Shown: positions 8,564 to 18,655 of the stretch, in pieces | Position numbering within the stretch: the stretch's first letter is position 1 | How the letters are laid out: every line of letters begins with the position of its first letter | Assembly (NCBI GenBank): GCA_036337435.1 | Contig: JAYZEG010000062.1 | Span: 96,001-160,000 of the forward strand | Source: Myxococcota bacterium | GTDB taxonomy: Bacteria; Myxococcota_A; Bradymonadia; UBA7976; UBA1532 | DNA: 64,000 nucleotides | Direction of reading: 5' to 3' | Notes under the pieces: model-generated | What the model was told of the DNA's origin: nothing | Seen by the model: only the letters and a program-made list of their open reading frames with translations | Database searches by the model: none | Translations under genes and position numbers: made by a program

Positions 8564-11500
8564 TTAAAGCGTGTAGAAAATATTGAGGTGAACGCGGAGG
8601 TTTTGATCACTGAATTGAGTCCGATTGAGTGGATAGGCTAAATCGAGCCTCAGTGGAATTTGTCCGCTTACGAGCCATCTCAATCCGCCACCGACACTGG
8701 ACCGAACCCGATCGGTGGACATCTCGGACCAAGACGGGGCGATCGCTCCAATGTCTGTAAAAGTTGCAAACCATAAGTCATCGATCACAAAGGTTGGGAA
8801 GCGGAGTTCAAGACCACCCAAGAACATTGAGCGTCCCCCAATGGTTGATGCAACTGCAAATGAGTCTTCTGCCGATAGACCCGGTGGATAGACATCTTCG
8901 CAATAATTACCTCGCCCATTGGTCTCTAAGCCGTTACACGCATCGACCGCCGCATCTTCATAGCCCCTGATCGGCAGCGCAACCCCATCGCCGCCGGCCT
9001 TGAAGAAGAAATCAGATTGCAAGTCACTCTCTTTTAAGTCGGTCCAGACCGCACCGACTCTGAGATTAGGCACGATAATGAATTGCCGTTTGAAAAACGA
9101 TTTGATGTACTGGCCGGTCAGCGTGGCTTTGATGGGCAGTTCATTGAGCTCCGTTAACTCTGGAAAAACAAATTCTGCTTGAGCTGATACCAGCCAACCA
9201 AGCGTTGGATGTAAGGGACTATCGCGTCGATCCCAGGACAATGAGGGCGAGAGAGTGACTTGTTTGGTCGGTTCTTCGAAAAGGGGTCGTTCGCCTGCCC
9301 GAGTCAGGGGTCTGAGTCGTTCCTGGACGAACTCGGTTTTCAAGGTTGCTCTCAATCCACGACCCCACCGTGCTGGGTACGATAGATTGTAGAAATCAAA
9401 ACCAATGGTCGCTTTTGCATTTAACTCTTCTTGATAGGCATCGCGTTGACTCGTTCGGCCTCGTTCGAACAAAGTCTCAATTGCAAGGTCGAGTCGAGTT
9501 CCAAACAGCCTTCGATTCTTAAAGAATGGACCGGTCCTCCACACGGAATCATCGTTTTGTACATCAGTGGCCGCATCGATTCGGTTACTGTGGGAAAATC
9601 CAAGACCAACTTCGAGCGCGCGACCCAAAAAATTACGGTGTCTAATGGTGGTGCCAACTGCGTAGAGAACGGGGAGTTCTTCTTCAAGTGGTGTCGAATC
9701 GATTTGCAGGCCCAGATACGCTTCCAGCAACTTTGACCGTGATTCTTCAACCGTGACCACCACAGTGGCATCTCGATCTTTAATTAATCCTTCGTTCGTA
9801 GCCACCCAATCTTCAGATTGTCGCCCAATGTATTCGATGTTGACAGCGGAGAAAACGCCCAGTGAGCGCAGGTTTGCTTGACTTAGAAATAGACCATCAC
9901 TGCCAAGGGGTTGGCCCGGCTTGAGAAGCAATTCGTCACGGAGGATTGAATCTTTTGTTGAGAGATTCCCCCTCAATAAAATGCCCGATACAAGGGTTTG
10001 AGGGCCCGGATCAATTTCGAAGAAAACGCGTTTTAACCGCATTCCGTATAGCCGGTCCTCTGAACATGAATCGCCCTTTAAAACCAGTCCAGATGCGAGC
10101 TCACACGCTGAGTCAACTCGGGCACTCAGGTAGCCGTTTTGGTGGTAATATCGGAGGACAAACCCGCGAAGGGCCTTGAGTCTGGCTTGAGTAAATCCAA
10201 GTTGTCGAATCCACCGACCGAATTCATCCATGACCCCCTGTTCTTGAAGCAGGGCTCTTGCCTCAGTCTGCATTTGAGCGTCCATTTGGCCGATGATTTT
10301 TGAGAATTCGATTTTGTCGATCAGGGTTCGCAGGCCTTCATCAACATCGATTTGGATATTCACAAAGCGGGGATCGTCATCGGGAATAATTTGGAAACAA
10401 TTATGAGTCAGTGGGTTGTCGCTCCAAACATCAAACTGACCACTAAACATGGACTCGTCAATGGCTGGACCCTCGCTCGTCTGCTCTTGTTCTCGTAATT
10501 GCCTCAGAACGCTCCATTCCTGCGCACCGACCTTCGGGTTTGCGCACCGAAACTTTAATCCGGGCATTCCATTGCGTTTATAGAGCTCGCGGATTCGGTT
10601 GAGATCATTAATGAGTTTTTCATCCTGAACGATCCCAGCAGACTTTGTCAGTGCATTAACGACGCCATCAGGCGCGATCCCTTTCGTTTCCATTTCCCCC
10701 AAGATGTCTTGTTCAGGGAGTGTCTGATTGCCACGAATTGTGATTCGTCTGGCATAAACTGAAGGGCCTTCATCGATTCTGAATGTGATGATGAAGCGCC
10801 CATCGCCAATCGCCTCTCGAGAGCTCTTAATGGATACGAAGTAACGCGCGGATGCTTGGTACAAACCCTTCATTTTTCGGATACTTTCGATGACCTCTGT
10901 TTCATCGAAAGTTCCTGATTCACTGAAGGTTAGAACCTGCTTTAATTCTCCGTCGGAGAGGGTTTCATTGCCTTCAAATCGGGTCCTTAAATGCTTGCCC
11001 TCGACGATCCGAACTTTCGGATATACGCGACCATTTTTCTCGGCTAGATCCGGTTCTAAACGCACCCTGGCTGACACCCAGCCAGCGCGTCGATAAAGGT
11101 CCTCGACAGCGGTAAGCTCCTCTTTTAGAGTCCGTCTTGCATATCGTCCTACACCGAAAAGACCGAAAAGACCTCGCCAAAAATCGGTCCGTTCACCAGT
11201 TGAAATCTGGTTGATGATTTTCCAGTAGGGCATGCCTTTGGCACCCTTAATGAGAATCTGCCCAATCTTTGGTTGTTCACCTTCCTTGATGCGGACCTCT
11301 ACCCTCACTTTTTTCCCATTGGGACCAGAGTATGAAGGCGTAATCTTGACCTCGGTACCCAAATAACCCTGGCGCCTGTAAAGGTCTAAAACGCGTGTTT
11401 CATACTGTTCGATAAGCGTCTTATCTCGTTGAGCGAATGTTCCATCAGACTTCATCGGTGGGAAACTGCCACCCCTGCGTAAAGGTAATCTTTTTCGAAT

Positions 11501-11935
11501 TTCAGCTACGAATTGCTTTGGATAGAACCAACTGGCCCAGCTTGCGTAGACAACATCAAGGTCTTGGATAATCACGTGTCCGACACAGTCGAACACGATT
11601 CGAGTATAGCGGCCGCCCTTAACGGGCTTCCAACGGATTGTGATGCGCCTGAAGTAACCGGTTCGCATCAAGCGGCTCCATGACTCAGCCACGCCTTTTC
11701 CCGTGATCTTACTGCCTTGTTTCAAATTGATTAAATCGATGAACTTTTGTCGATTTCGATCAGCATTACAAATTGGAATATCGCATCGAAGCTCCACATT
11801 TTGAGCGAGGACCCAGTTTTCCCAGCGTGCTGCTTGCGACCGGATGTCACTCATGGTCAGCGCGTCGTCCGGGCTGGCGGCCAGGGCTGTTATGGCATGC
11901 CCCATCAACAGACCTATGGTCAGACAATATCTCAA
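8564..11935 (-). CDS. Omp85 family (BamA/TamA-like) outer membrane protein with multiple POTRA domains
   Basis: POTRA-like units (YRRQGY..V, FEGNETLSD, IRGNQTL, LRGNLSTKDSIL). Barrel motifs WDRRDSPLHPTLG, IRGY, GGRSMFLGGLELRFP, GGGLRW and PLRLDLAY. Confidence 0.9.
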   Translation of the reverse strand: MRYCLTIGLLMGHAITALAASPDDALTMSDIRSQAARWENWVLAQNVELRCDIPICNADRNRQKFIDLINLKQGSKITGKGVAESWSRLMRTGYFRRITIRWKPVKGGRYTRIVFDCVGHVIIQDLDVVYASWASWFYPKQFVAEIRKRLPLRRGGSFPPMKSDGTFAQRDKTLIEQYETRVLDLYRRQGYLGTEVKITPSYSGPNGKKVRVEVRIKEGEQPKIGQILIKGAKGMPYWKIINQISTGERTDFWRGLFGLFGVGRYARRTLKEELTAVEDLYRRAGWVSARVRLEPDLAEKNGRVYPKVRIVEGKHLRTRFEGNETLSDGELKQVLTFSESGTFDETEVIESIRKMKGLYQASARYFVSIKSSREAIGDGRFIITFRIDEGPSVYARRITIRGNQTLPEQDILGEMETKGIAPDGVVNALTKSAGIVQDEKLINDLNRIRELYKRNGMPGLKFRCANPKVGAQEWSVLRQLREQEQTSEGPAIDESMFSGQFDVWSDNPLTHNCFQIIPDDDPRFVNIQIDVDEGLRTLIDKIEFSKIIGQMDAQMQTEARALLQEQGVMDEFGRWIRQLGFTQARLKALRGFVLRYYHQNGYLSARVDSACELASGLVLKGDSCSEDRLYGMRLKRVFFEIDPGPQTLVSGILLRGNLSTKDSILRDELLLKPGQPLGSDGLFLSQANLRSLGVFSAVNIEYIGRQSEDWVATNEGLIKDRDATVVVTVEESRSKLLEAYLGLQIDSTPLEEELPVLYAVGTTIRHRNFLGRALEVGLGFSHSNRIDAATDVQNDDSVWRTGPFFKNRRLFGTRLDLAIETLFERGRTSQRDAYQEELNAKATIGFDFYNLSYPARWGRGLRATLKTEFVQERLRPLTRAGERPLFEEPTKQVTLSPSLSWDRRDSPLHPTLGWLVSAQAEFVFPELTELNELPIKATLTGQYIKSFFKRQFIIVPNLRVGAVWTDLKESDLQSDFFFKAGGDGVALPIRGYEDAAVDACNGLETNGRGNYCEDVYPPGLSAEDSFAVASTIGGRSMFLGGLELRFPTFVIDDLWFATFTDIGAIAPSWSEMSTDRVRSSVGGGLRWLVSGQIPLRLDLAYPLNRTQFSDQNLRVHLNIFYTL

Positions 11936-14900
11936 TTCAAATTAACCCTTAATTTGAGTCGACCTGTCGTCGAGATATTACTGCCAAGTCGTTCATTGGA
12001 GAGCTCGCCAAATGCCACATTATTGATTTGATATCGCAACCCAAATTGTTGTGGATTCCCGTCTTGTTCTTCGCCTACGAGAACACGTGAATAGAGGTAT
12101 AGCCGTCTGGAAAGCACCTTGTTTGCATCGATATATAGCGTGCCGGTTGACAGCGGAGTGAGGGTTAAGTCGACTTTAAAAGTGTCTTCCAGTGGCCGTT
12201 CGACCAGACTCAGCAGTGGTGCTAAAACCACTTCCGTTGCTGGTTGTGCGCCAGCCGCACCGCTGAGATTTTCTGGATAACTGCCCGTGAGTACCAGCAT
12301 GACTACTTCGAACTTACTTGCACCGCTATTACTCGATAGGTCAAAGGCAAAACTGGGTGGCGATTCACGGGTTGGAAAGGCCAAACGAGCTGATAAGACG
12401 ACTTCTTCAAGTCTGATGTCTCCCGAACCTGAATCGAAGCTGGTTGATGCTGTTGAGACACTTTGACCAGTTCTGAGCGTGAACGTCCGATTCGCTTCAA
12501 TTTGTGCATCGAGGAAATTACGGCCACCAAAATTGACCACTCCATTTGAGACATCAAATTCACGCCTCGCGTAGGTAATGGTTGAATCCGGTAACACGCT
12601 GATCGTACCCAAGATGGCCAATCGTTCATCGGCTGTATCGTGCGGCATGTTGTACAAAAAACCTTTAATTTCTTCTAAATCTAAACCGATTTCGAGATTG
12701 TTAGTCAGGGTCAGAACTCGGTTCCGGATGTAGAATCCCCCTTCACCGACAACGCTTAAGTCGAGCATCAGTCTTTTTAAGGACGGAATGCGTTCAAAAA
12801 CACTCACGGTCCGAGTTTGTGTCCGACCACTGAGGCGGTTTCTAAACCCCTGGTTGAGTTCTGCAACGCCAGTTAAATCTGCCAGGTATTCGCCTTGAAT
12901 CACGTCGATCTCTCCAGAGACCTTCATTCGCCGCTCATCCCGTCTGTCGTCGAACTCCTTTATCCAAGATTCGTAAACAAGGTTGGGTGTATCAAAAGTG
13001 CCCCGAACCACCCGCGGCACATTGAGTCCGATTTCACTGCCTGAAAGGCCAACTCGGATACGGTCAAGAGTAAACCCCTTTGTCGTCACAAGGACGTCAT
13101 TAATACGAATGACTGAATCGTCTCGCATGAGACGCATTTCGCCCGCAGTCTCGGGGGCGTTTGTCCCTTTTATGAGGCTGATTTTCAAATCTCCGGCACC
13201 GTTTACTTCATCGGATGTAGAGTCAGTTCGATGTGCCTCGATGGCAAACCGTGCAGGCGCAAGCAGATCGAGTTGTGAACCGATGATGGCGGCTCGCGGC
13301 ACAAATTCACCTTGGGTCACGACCAGTTTCAAATCCGGTTCTGGTGCTTGGATAAACCCTTTTAAAGACCCATCCAGGTTCAGTTCGCCACTCGCTTCGC
13401 TAAACACACTGTTTAAGAAGGGCATTGCGAGACCGAGGTTGATCTTGCCCCTGGTGGTCATCTCTAATCGGCCGTCAGAATAAACATCTCCGTCGAGCCG
13501 AATTGTAGATTCATACTGGTCATTTTTCTGATCAAAGCCTTCGAGATTTAATATCCTGAGTCGCAGTGCCAATTGCTGAGTGTTTAGCTTTGTTCCATCC
13601 CATTTGAATTGCACTGGATTGGTGAGGTCAGCAGAGTAGCTGACTGCGTCTTCGAAAGCATATTTTGTCTGCAGTTGCTTTAGGTTTGCAGTTGCTTCTA
13701 GGAGGGCTGGTTTGAACGGGTCAAATTTAAGTTCGATGCGACCGGTCATTTTAGATTTTAGTGCACTCTCCGACAGTTGTGGCAAATGGTCTTCGACACC
13801 AAAACCATCAAATTCGATAAGCGCGCTACCCGGGCCTGATCGTTTGACCAGTGGTGTAGATGCACTGATGCGTAGGTCATCCAAGATTTGACCGGTCAAT
13901 TGCATTTGTTTTTTATCGGCCCGGATTTCAAATTCTGTTCGGCCCAACTTGTAATCTCCATATTCGCCTTCGACAATGCTCAATTGGCCTTGTCCCGACG
14001 GGGTCTTCAAGTTGCCCGATAGGGTCACATCGGCCACGAGACGACCAGCGATTGGTAGTGGCTCTTTGACGAAATGATTGATCCAGTCCAAAGGGACTCC
14101 ATTGATCTTCAGCTGGCCAGAGAAATTCAATCGCTTGATATGTCCATTTCCGCTGAGATCGACCAAAGTTTTACGGCGGTCCTCGATTTTCAAAGTCTCT
14201 ATTTTGACTTTCTCTCCGGACCAATCACCCACGACTTCGACCCGCCGGAAGCAGAGTGGTTTATCGCCATACGGCGTTTTCCAGCATGGTCGTGCGATCC
14301 GGCCTCGCCCGGTGACGCGGGGATTGCTCAGGGGTCCGCGAAGTCGCACATCGACGGCTGTTCGTCCTGAGAAACGATCGATGAACGGTAATGATGCCAA
14401 TTCAAATTGTCTTGCGTTCAGACGAAAGTCCATTGGTTTTCCGGGCTTAGACAAGGACAGACGGCCTTTGAAGCCAATGGATCCATTGTCGGATTTCAAG
14501 GACACTTGGTCGAAATCCAATAAGCCGGCCTGGTAGGCGACTTTGCCCTTGATGGCTGACTTCGGCAGCTCGCCATAACGCACCCGTGTGGCGTTGATAT
14601 CAGCGTGAAACCGTGGATTTAAGGCGAACCCTTTGACGCCGAAGTCGATACGGGCCCGTCCCTTGGTCGGATATCCAAACGAGGCCGTCAGTGGGCTGAG
14701 TTTGCCAATCACGGCTTGACCCTGAATGTTGATGAGAAAGGTATCCAAATCAAATTTGCCTTTTAGACCCAATCTTTTGGTTCTGTCCGAGAGCTTGAAA
14801 GACTGAATATCGAATGTGTTGTCTTGCAATTCTAGATAACCATCGACGGCTAAATTTCGGCCAAGGCCGAATGGTCGATTTTTAGCCGACAGTGTTTCGA

Positions 14901-16242
14901 GCTGAGTCTTAATGGAGAACAACGGAGTATCGCCGATAAGATGTCTCGCCTCAGCAAAGATATGGCCTGTTAATCGACCCCCGAGACTGGCCCCTACGTT
15001 CGTGGGCATAGACACAGGCAACGCGTCGAGTGGGACGTCGTCCATGAATACACTGAGGTGTGCGTAGTCGTCGTCTGTACGCCACTCTCCGTGCGCAATC
15101 ATTCGCCCTTTTTCAAGGTCTGCATCCACGTAGTTGACCTTCATAGCGTCGTTCTTCGTTTTCTCGATTTGTGCCTGAAGGCTTTGAATCTTCACGCCCT
15201 GACAGTTCAAGTCCGTGCCGCCGATTTGGATAATTCCGTCTAAGTCATCTGCTTCTCCTGAGACCTGTGCATCAATGGTCGCTGGACCTGAGATGGGCGA
15301 CTCAACAAATGTATTTATGTGTTTGTCGATCTGGTCTGTATCGAGCCGAAGTCGCGTATTTAGATAGGGCACCTCTGGCCTGTCTAACTCCATTTTGAAG
15401 CCTTCGAGGAAGAATGGGTCGCCTCGCAATAGGCCCCGTAACTTGCTGAAATTAAAATCCTCATCATTCCAGTTGAAGTCGTCGATTTTCACCTGTCGGA
15501 GAGACCAAGACCAAACATCTTCAGGATCCGCATACAGCGGTTTTTTCAGTGCAGTATCTTTTGCGACTCGCACTTGAATACTGCCGACTTTGAGGCCTTC
15601 AATTTCGATGGCCATCAAGCTGTCCGTCGCGGTTGAGTAACTTCGAAAACGCCCGGCTGGAATTTGAATACCATGAGCAATGATTGACGTGCTTGGATGG
15701 TCGAGAATAAAGATGGCATTCCGAATTTTGATGCGCGTCAGGTCGAGGTCCAATGGTTTTGAATCACCGGTGTCGATTTGTGTACCGATAGACCAAAACA
15801 TTTCGGCGATGTTCATCACTCGATCATCTTTTGGATCAGAACCAGATTCCGAACGAACGAGACTGACTAGGCGTGTGACCGGTGCATCGATATGGACACC
15901 TTGTGCTGACAAACGGTTGTCGAAAAGGCCAAGAATATCGAGCTCTCGAATCGTCAAGCTCTTGGCTTCGATGACGGTTCGCCCGGTTGAATCAACCAGC
16001 ACCGGCTCTAAGAGCTTGAGGTCAGAAGGCCATGGCCCCCAAGCCAGTCGAGTCCAGGCCACTTGGCCCCTGATCTTTGAATTAACCAGTACGTCAAATG
16101 CTTGGTTTGTAAACCGCGAATTGAGTGCGAAATAGCCGAGAAAATACACCAGACAGACAAATGCGCCGGCGAGTATCACAAAAGCGCTCACCCGCTGATA
16201 CATGCTTACGCTCTTACGAACGAGTGTCTGTACGGTGTCCAT
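11932..16242 (-). CDS. Translocation/assembly module TamB-like (AsmA superfamily) protein
   Basis: 1436 aa with an N-terminal TM anchor and repeated beta-taco-like strands (L-x-G-x-L-x-x-P-x-x-x-G). 4-nt overlap with the Omp85 gene. Confidence 0.8.
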   Translation of the reverse strand: MDTVQTLVRKSVSMYQRVSAFVILAGAFVCLVYFLGYFALNSRFTNQAFDVLVNSKIRGQVAWTRLAWGPWPSDLKLLEPVLVDSTGRTVIEAKSLTIRELDILGLFDNRLSAQGVHIDAPVTRLVSLVRSESGSDPKDDRVMNIAEMFWSIGTQIDTGDSKPLDLDLTRIKIRNAIFILDHPSTSIIAHGIQIPAGRFRSYSTATDSLMAIEIEGLKVGSIQVRVAKDTALKKPLYADPEDVWSWSLRQVKIDDFNWNDEDFNFSKLRGLLRGDPFFLEGFKMELDRPEVPYLNTRLRLDTDQIDKHINTFVESPISGPATIDAQVSGEADDLDGIIQIGGTDLNCQGVKIQSLQAQIEKTKNDAMKVNYVDADLEKGRMIAHGEWRTDDDYAHLSVFMDDVPLDALPVSMPTNVGASLGGRLTGHIFAEARHLIGDTPLFSIKTQLETLSAKNRPFGLGRNLAVDGYLELQDNTFDIQSFKLSDRTKRLGLKGKFDLDTFLINIQGQAVIGKLSPLTASFGYPTKGRARIDFGVKGFALNPRFHADINATRVRYGELPKSAIKGKVAYQAGLLDFDQVSLKSDNGSIGFKGRLSLSKPGKPMDFRLNARQFELASLPFIDRFSGRTAVDVRLRGPLSNPRVTGRGRIARPCWKTPYGDKPLCFRRVEVVGDWSGEKVKIETLKIEDRRKTLVDLSGNGHIKRLNFSGQLKINGVPLDWINHFVKEPLPIAGRLVADVTLSGNLKTPSGQGQLSIVEGEYGDYKLGRTEFEIRADKKQMQLTGQILDDLRISASTPLVKRSGPGSALIEFDGFGVEDHLPQLSESALKSKMTGRIELKFDPFKPALLEATANLKQLQTKYAFEDAVSYSADLTNPVQFKWDGTKLNTQQLALRLRILNLEGFDQKNDQYESTIRLDGDVYSDGRLEMTTRGKINLGLAMPFLNSVFSEASGELNLDGSLKGFIQAPEPDLKLVVTQGEFVPRAAIIGSQLDLLAPARFAIEAHRTDSTSDEVNGAGDLKISLIKGTNAPETAGEMRLMRDDSVIRINDVLVTTKGFTLDRIRVGLSGSEIGLNVPRVVRGTFDTPNLVYESWIKEFDDRRDERRMKVSGEIDVIQGEYLADLTGVAELNQGFRNRLSGRTQTRTVSVFERIPSLKRLMLDLSVVGEGGFYIRNRVLTLTNNLEIGLDLEEIKGFLYNMPHDTADERLAILGTISVLPDSTITYARREFDVSNGVVNFGGRNFLDAQIEANRTFTLRTGQSVSTASTSFDSGSGDIRLEEVVLSARLAFPTRESPPSFAFDLSSNSGASKFEVVMLVLTGSYPENLSGAAGAQPATEVVLAPLLSLVERPLEDTFKVDLTLTPLSTGTLYIDANKVLSRRLYLYSRVLVGEEQDGNPQQFGLRYQINNVAFGELSNERLGSNISTTGRLKLRVNLN

Positions 16243-16276
16243 CCGGGCAGCTTATCAGGGAATCCTAGTTTACGCG

Positions 16277-16302
16277 AAAAGCCCTATCACTATGTGATAG
16301 GG
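16277..16302 (-). terminator. Probable intrinsic terminator after dapB
   Basis: Perfect 9-bp inverted repeat CCCTATCAC-tat-GTGATAGGG (16282-16302), followed on the minus strand by CTTTT. Confidence 0.55.
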
Positions 16303-16342
16303 GGTCTCGGGATGAGGGTCTAGATGGGCCGTCCTCGCTGGA

Positions 16343-17104
16343 TCAGGTGCCCCGAAAAATCGACGTCTCATCCGACGAGTCGACTAAATGTTTCATGCCA
16401 TAGAGGCCTGGTTGTTGATCCTTTAGCCAGATGGCAGCCCGAATCGCCCCCAGGGCAAAGATATCTCGATTGGCAGCGCGATGTGTGAGCTCTAATCGCT
16501 CTGATTCGCCAAACAGAAATACTGTATGCTCACCCGGGACAGCGCCGCCCCTTAAGGCGGCTGTTCCGACCTCGTTTTCACTCCGAGGTCCCGTGATTCC
16601 ATCTCGGTTTCGCCGAGCGTCTGGCCAATCCAAACCACGGCTTTCAGCAGCGGTTTTTCCAAGCAATAGCGCGGTTCCACTTGGTGCATCAGCTTTCATT
16701 CGGTGATGAATTTCAAAAATTTCAGCATCAAATTCACGACCAAGACTTCGGACGGCTGCCTCCACGAGTTTGTTCAATACGGCAACACCAATACTGAAAT
16801 TGGCCGCTGAGAAAATGGGTTGGATTTCTGATGCTTCAGCGATGTCTTCGAGTTGCTTTTTGGATCGGCCTGTTACCCCTGTCACAAGGGGTATAGAATT
16901 CTTGCCTACAAGCTCTAAGACTGCATCGGTGGCTTTTGCGACGCTAAAGTCGACGATGACATCGCAGGTGCTCAAGTCGCCGGTTATTTCCGATTCATCG
17001 ATGGTGCAGACGACGCGGACATCATGTCGCTCTGCAGCACATTTAATGACACGCCGACCCATACGTCCACCGGCACCATAAACGGCGATTTTACAAACAC
17101 TCAT
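16343..17104 (-). CDS. dapB: 4-hydroxy-tetrahydrodipicolinate reductase
   Basis: GAGGRMG, VIVDFS, NFSIGV, EIHHRMKADAPSGTA, LRGGAVPGEH. Confidence 0.97.
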   Translation of the reverse strand: MSVCKIAVYGAGGRMGRRVIKCAAERHDVRVVCTIDESEITGDLSTCDVIVDFSVAKATDAVLELVGKNSIPLVTGVTGRSKKQLEDIAEASEIQPIFSAANFSIGVAVLNKLVEAAVRSLGREFDAEIFEIHHRMKADAPSGTALLLGKTAAESRGLDWPDARRNRDGITGPRSENEVGTAALRGGAVPGEHTVFLFGESERLELTHRAANRDIFALGAIRAAIWLKDQQPGLYGMKHLVDSSDETSIFRGT

Positions 17105-17991
17105 GGCGATTCAGGCCCAATTTCGAGTCGCTGGCAAATCCCATCTAAAATCGATTCTGACTCGGCAGAAAGTGGGGTCATCGGAAGACGTAAGTCTCGG
17201 GTGCAGCAGCCCAGATGCTTGGCCACTAAGGTCTTGATTGGAATGGGGTTTGATTCGATGAAGAGACCGTCGAAGAGTGGCAACAAAGCGTGATGATTGC
17301 GGCGGGCTGCATCACCTTCTCCTCGCTGATATTGTCGCCATATTTCAACCATTCGGTCAGGCACGAGATTACTCGTAACGGACACGACGCCGTTCCCTCC
17401 AATACTCCACAATGGCAGGGCTGTGATGTCGTCGCCGGACAGCACATTGAGATCACTGCCACATGCAGAGAGAATTCGCGCTGCGAATGCCATATCCCCT
17501 GTTGCTTCCTTGAGCGCCACGATATTTGGGATGCGCGCCAATTCTCTTATGGAGTCAACACTCAAACTAACACCCGTTCGACCGGGTACGTTGTAGAGCA
17601 TGATTGGTGCGTCCGGAATCGCATCACTGACGGCTTTGAAGTGATGAATCAGCCCGCGTTGAGTGGGCTTGTTATAGTAAGGCGTGATCACCAGGAGTCC
17701 GTCTGCTCCAAGTTTGCTGGCACGCGCGCCGAGCCGGATTGTCTTCGCCGTGTCATTGGATCCAATCCCTGCGACAACGTTAACTCGTCCGTTCGCAAAC
17801 TCGATGGTCTTTGCAATGACAGCAGCGGTCTCGTCTTCCCCGAGCGTCGCTGATTCGCCTGTTGTGCCACATGGAATAATGCCATCGACGCCCGCAGAAA
17901 TTTGCCGCTCTATCAGCTCATTGAGTGCCTCGAAATCAACTGAATCATTTCGAAAAGGCGTGATGAGAGCGGTATAGACCCCTTGAAACAT
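17101..17991 (-). CDS. dapA: 4-hydroxy-tetrahydrodipicolinate synthase
   Basis: TALITPF, GTTGES, PYYNKP, LYNVPGRT, LKEA, SNPIPIK. Confidence 0.97.
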   Translation of the reverse strand: MFQGVYTALITPFRNDSVDFEALNELIERQISAGVDGIIPCGTTGESATLGEDETAAVIAKTIEFANGRVNVVAGIGSNDTAKTIRLGARASKLGADGLLVITPYYNKPTQRGLIHHFKAVSDAIPDAPIMLYNVPGRTGVSLSVDSIRELARIPNIVALKEATGDMAFAARILSACGSDLNVLSGDDITALPLWSIGGNGVVSVTSNLVPDRMVEIWRQYQRGEGDAARRNHHALLPLFDGLFIESNPIPIKTLVAKHLGCCTRDLRLPMTPLSAESESILDGICQRLEIGPESP

Positions 17992-18248
17992 TTCGAAACC
18001 CTTTCAATTAGAGCAGAATGCGCGCATCGCTTTTGCACATTCAACGGCAAATGTTCTTCCCCATGTCGCAAAAGCTGGCAGACATTTTCCATTCGGGATC
18101 GCGGAATACCCGAAAACAGGGATCAGATGCAATGAACACAAGAGCAAAAGACAAAAAAATTATGTCGAGTAATGATTGTAAGCTGTCAGAATTGTTAAAT
18201 GAACTGGGCTCTCGATGGGTGTCTTGGGTTTTGTCTTAAAGCTGATGA

Positions 18249-18277
18249 TTGACAAACACAGATCGAGCCTGTAGTTT
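18249..18277 (+). promoter_or_regulatory. Sigma70-type promoter upstream of a small ORF
   Basis: TTGACA (18249-18254), 17-nt spacer, TAGTTT (18272-18277). Confidence 0.65.
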
Positions 18278-18311
18278 CCGCCCGCTCGACTCTTCACTCG
18301 ACGGAGGTTTC

Positions 18312-18416
18312 ATGTCGATTTTGATGACTTTAAGCCTGACGGCAATCGCCGGAATCTTGGCAACAGCGGCTATGTGCAAGCTCGTTCTCGAGATTATGCC
18401 AAAGATCGACGCATAA
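18312..18416 (+). CDS. 34-aa single-pass small membrane protein (not in ORF track)
   Basis: GGAGG at 18303-18307, then ATG. Translation MSILMTLSLTAIAGILATAAMCKLVLEIMPKIDA*. Canonical promoter directly upstream. Confidence 0.7.
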   Translation: MSILMTLSLTAIAGILATAAMCKLVLEIMPKIDA

Positions 18417-18655
18417 ACGCGCCTGGTCTCCCATCCTAATTTTTATTCTGCTCTGCGACCAGATCGCCATTCGTCGCGTCGACTGTAACGAAACCGAGTG
18501 CGATTGATCTAAGCTGGACGAGAAACCTATCTCTCCTGTAGGCTATACGATAGCGATCAAGCCTCGATAAGTTTTACGCCGCGTGAGCCTGGTGTACCCT
18601 GATTGGGAACACCATGCTGTGTCGACTTTGGTCAATTGAGTTACAAGGAGCAGTT

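Noticed and set aside
16282..16302. Resemblance of the palindrome to the tet operator (CCCTATCA...TGATAG)
   Set aside because: The spacer differs from tetO, no TetR gene is nearby, and its position after dapB with a T-run fits a terminator better.
18018..18239. 73-aa ORF in the dapA-add gap
   Set aside because: No recognisable motif or clear RBS, and it covers the likely dapA promoter region.
18591..18613. Hairpin GGTGTACCC-tgatt-GGGAACACC upstream of add, considered as a purine riboswitch
   Set aside because: It lacks the conserved purine-riboswitch core and three-way junction; only a single imperfect hairpin is present.
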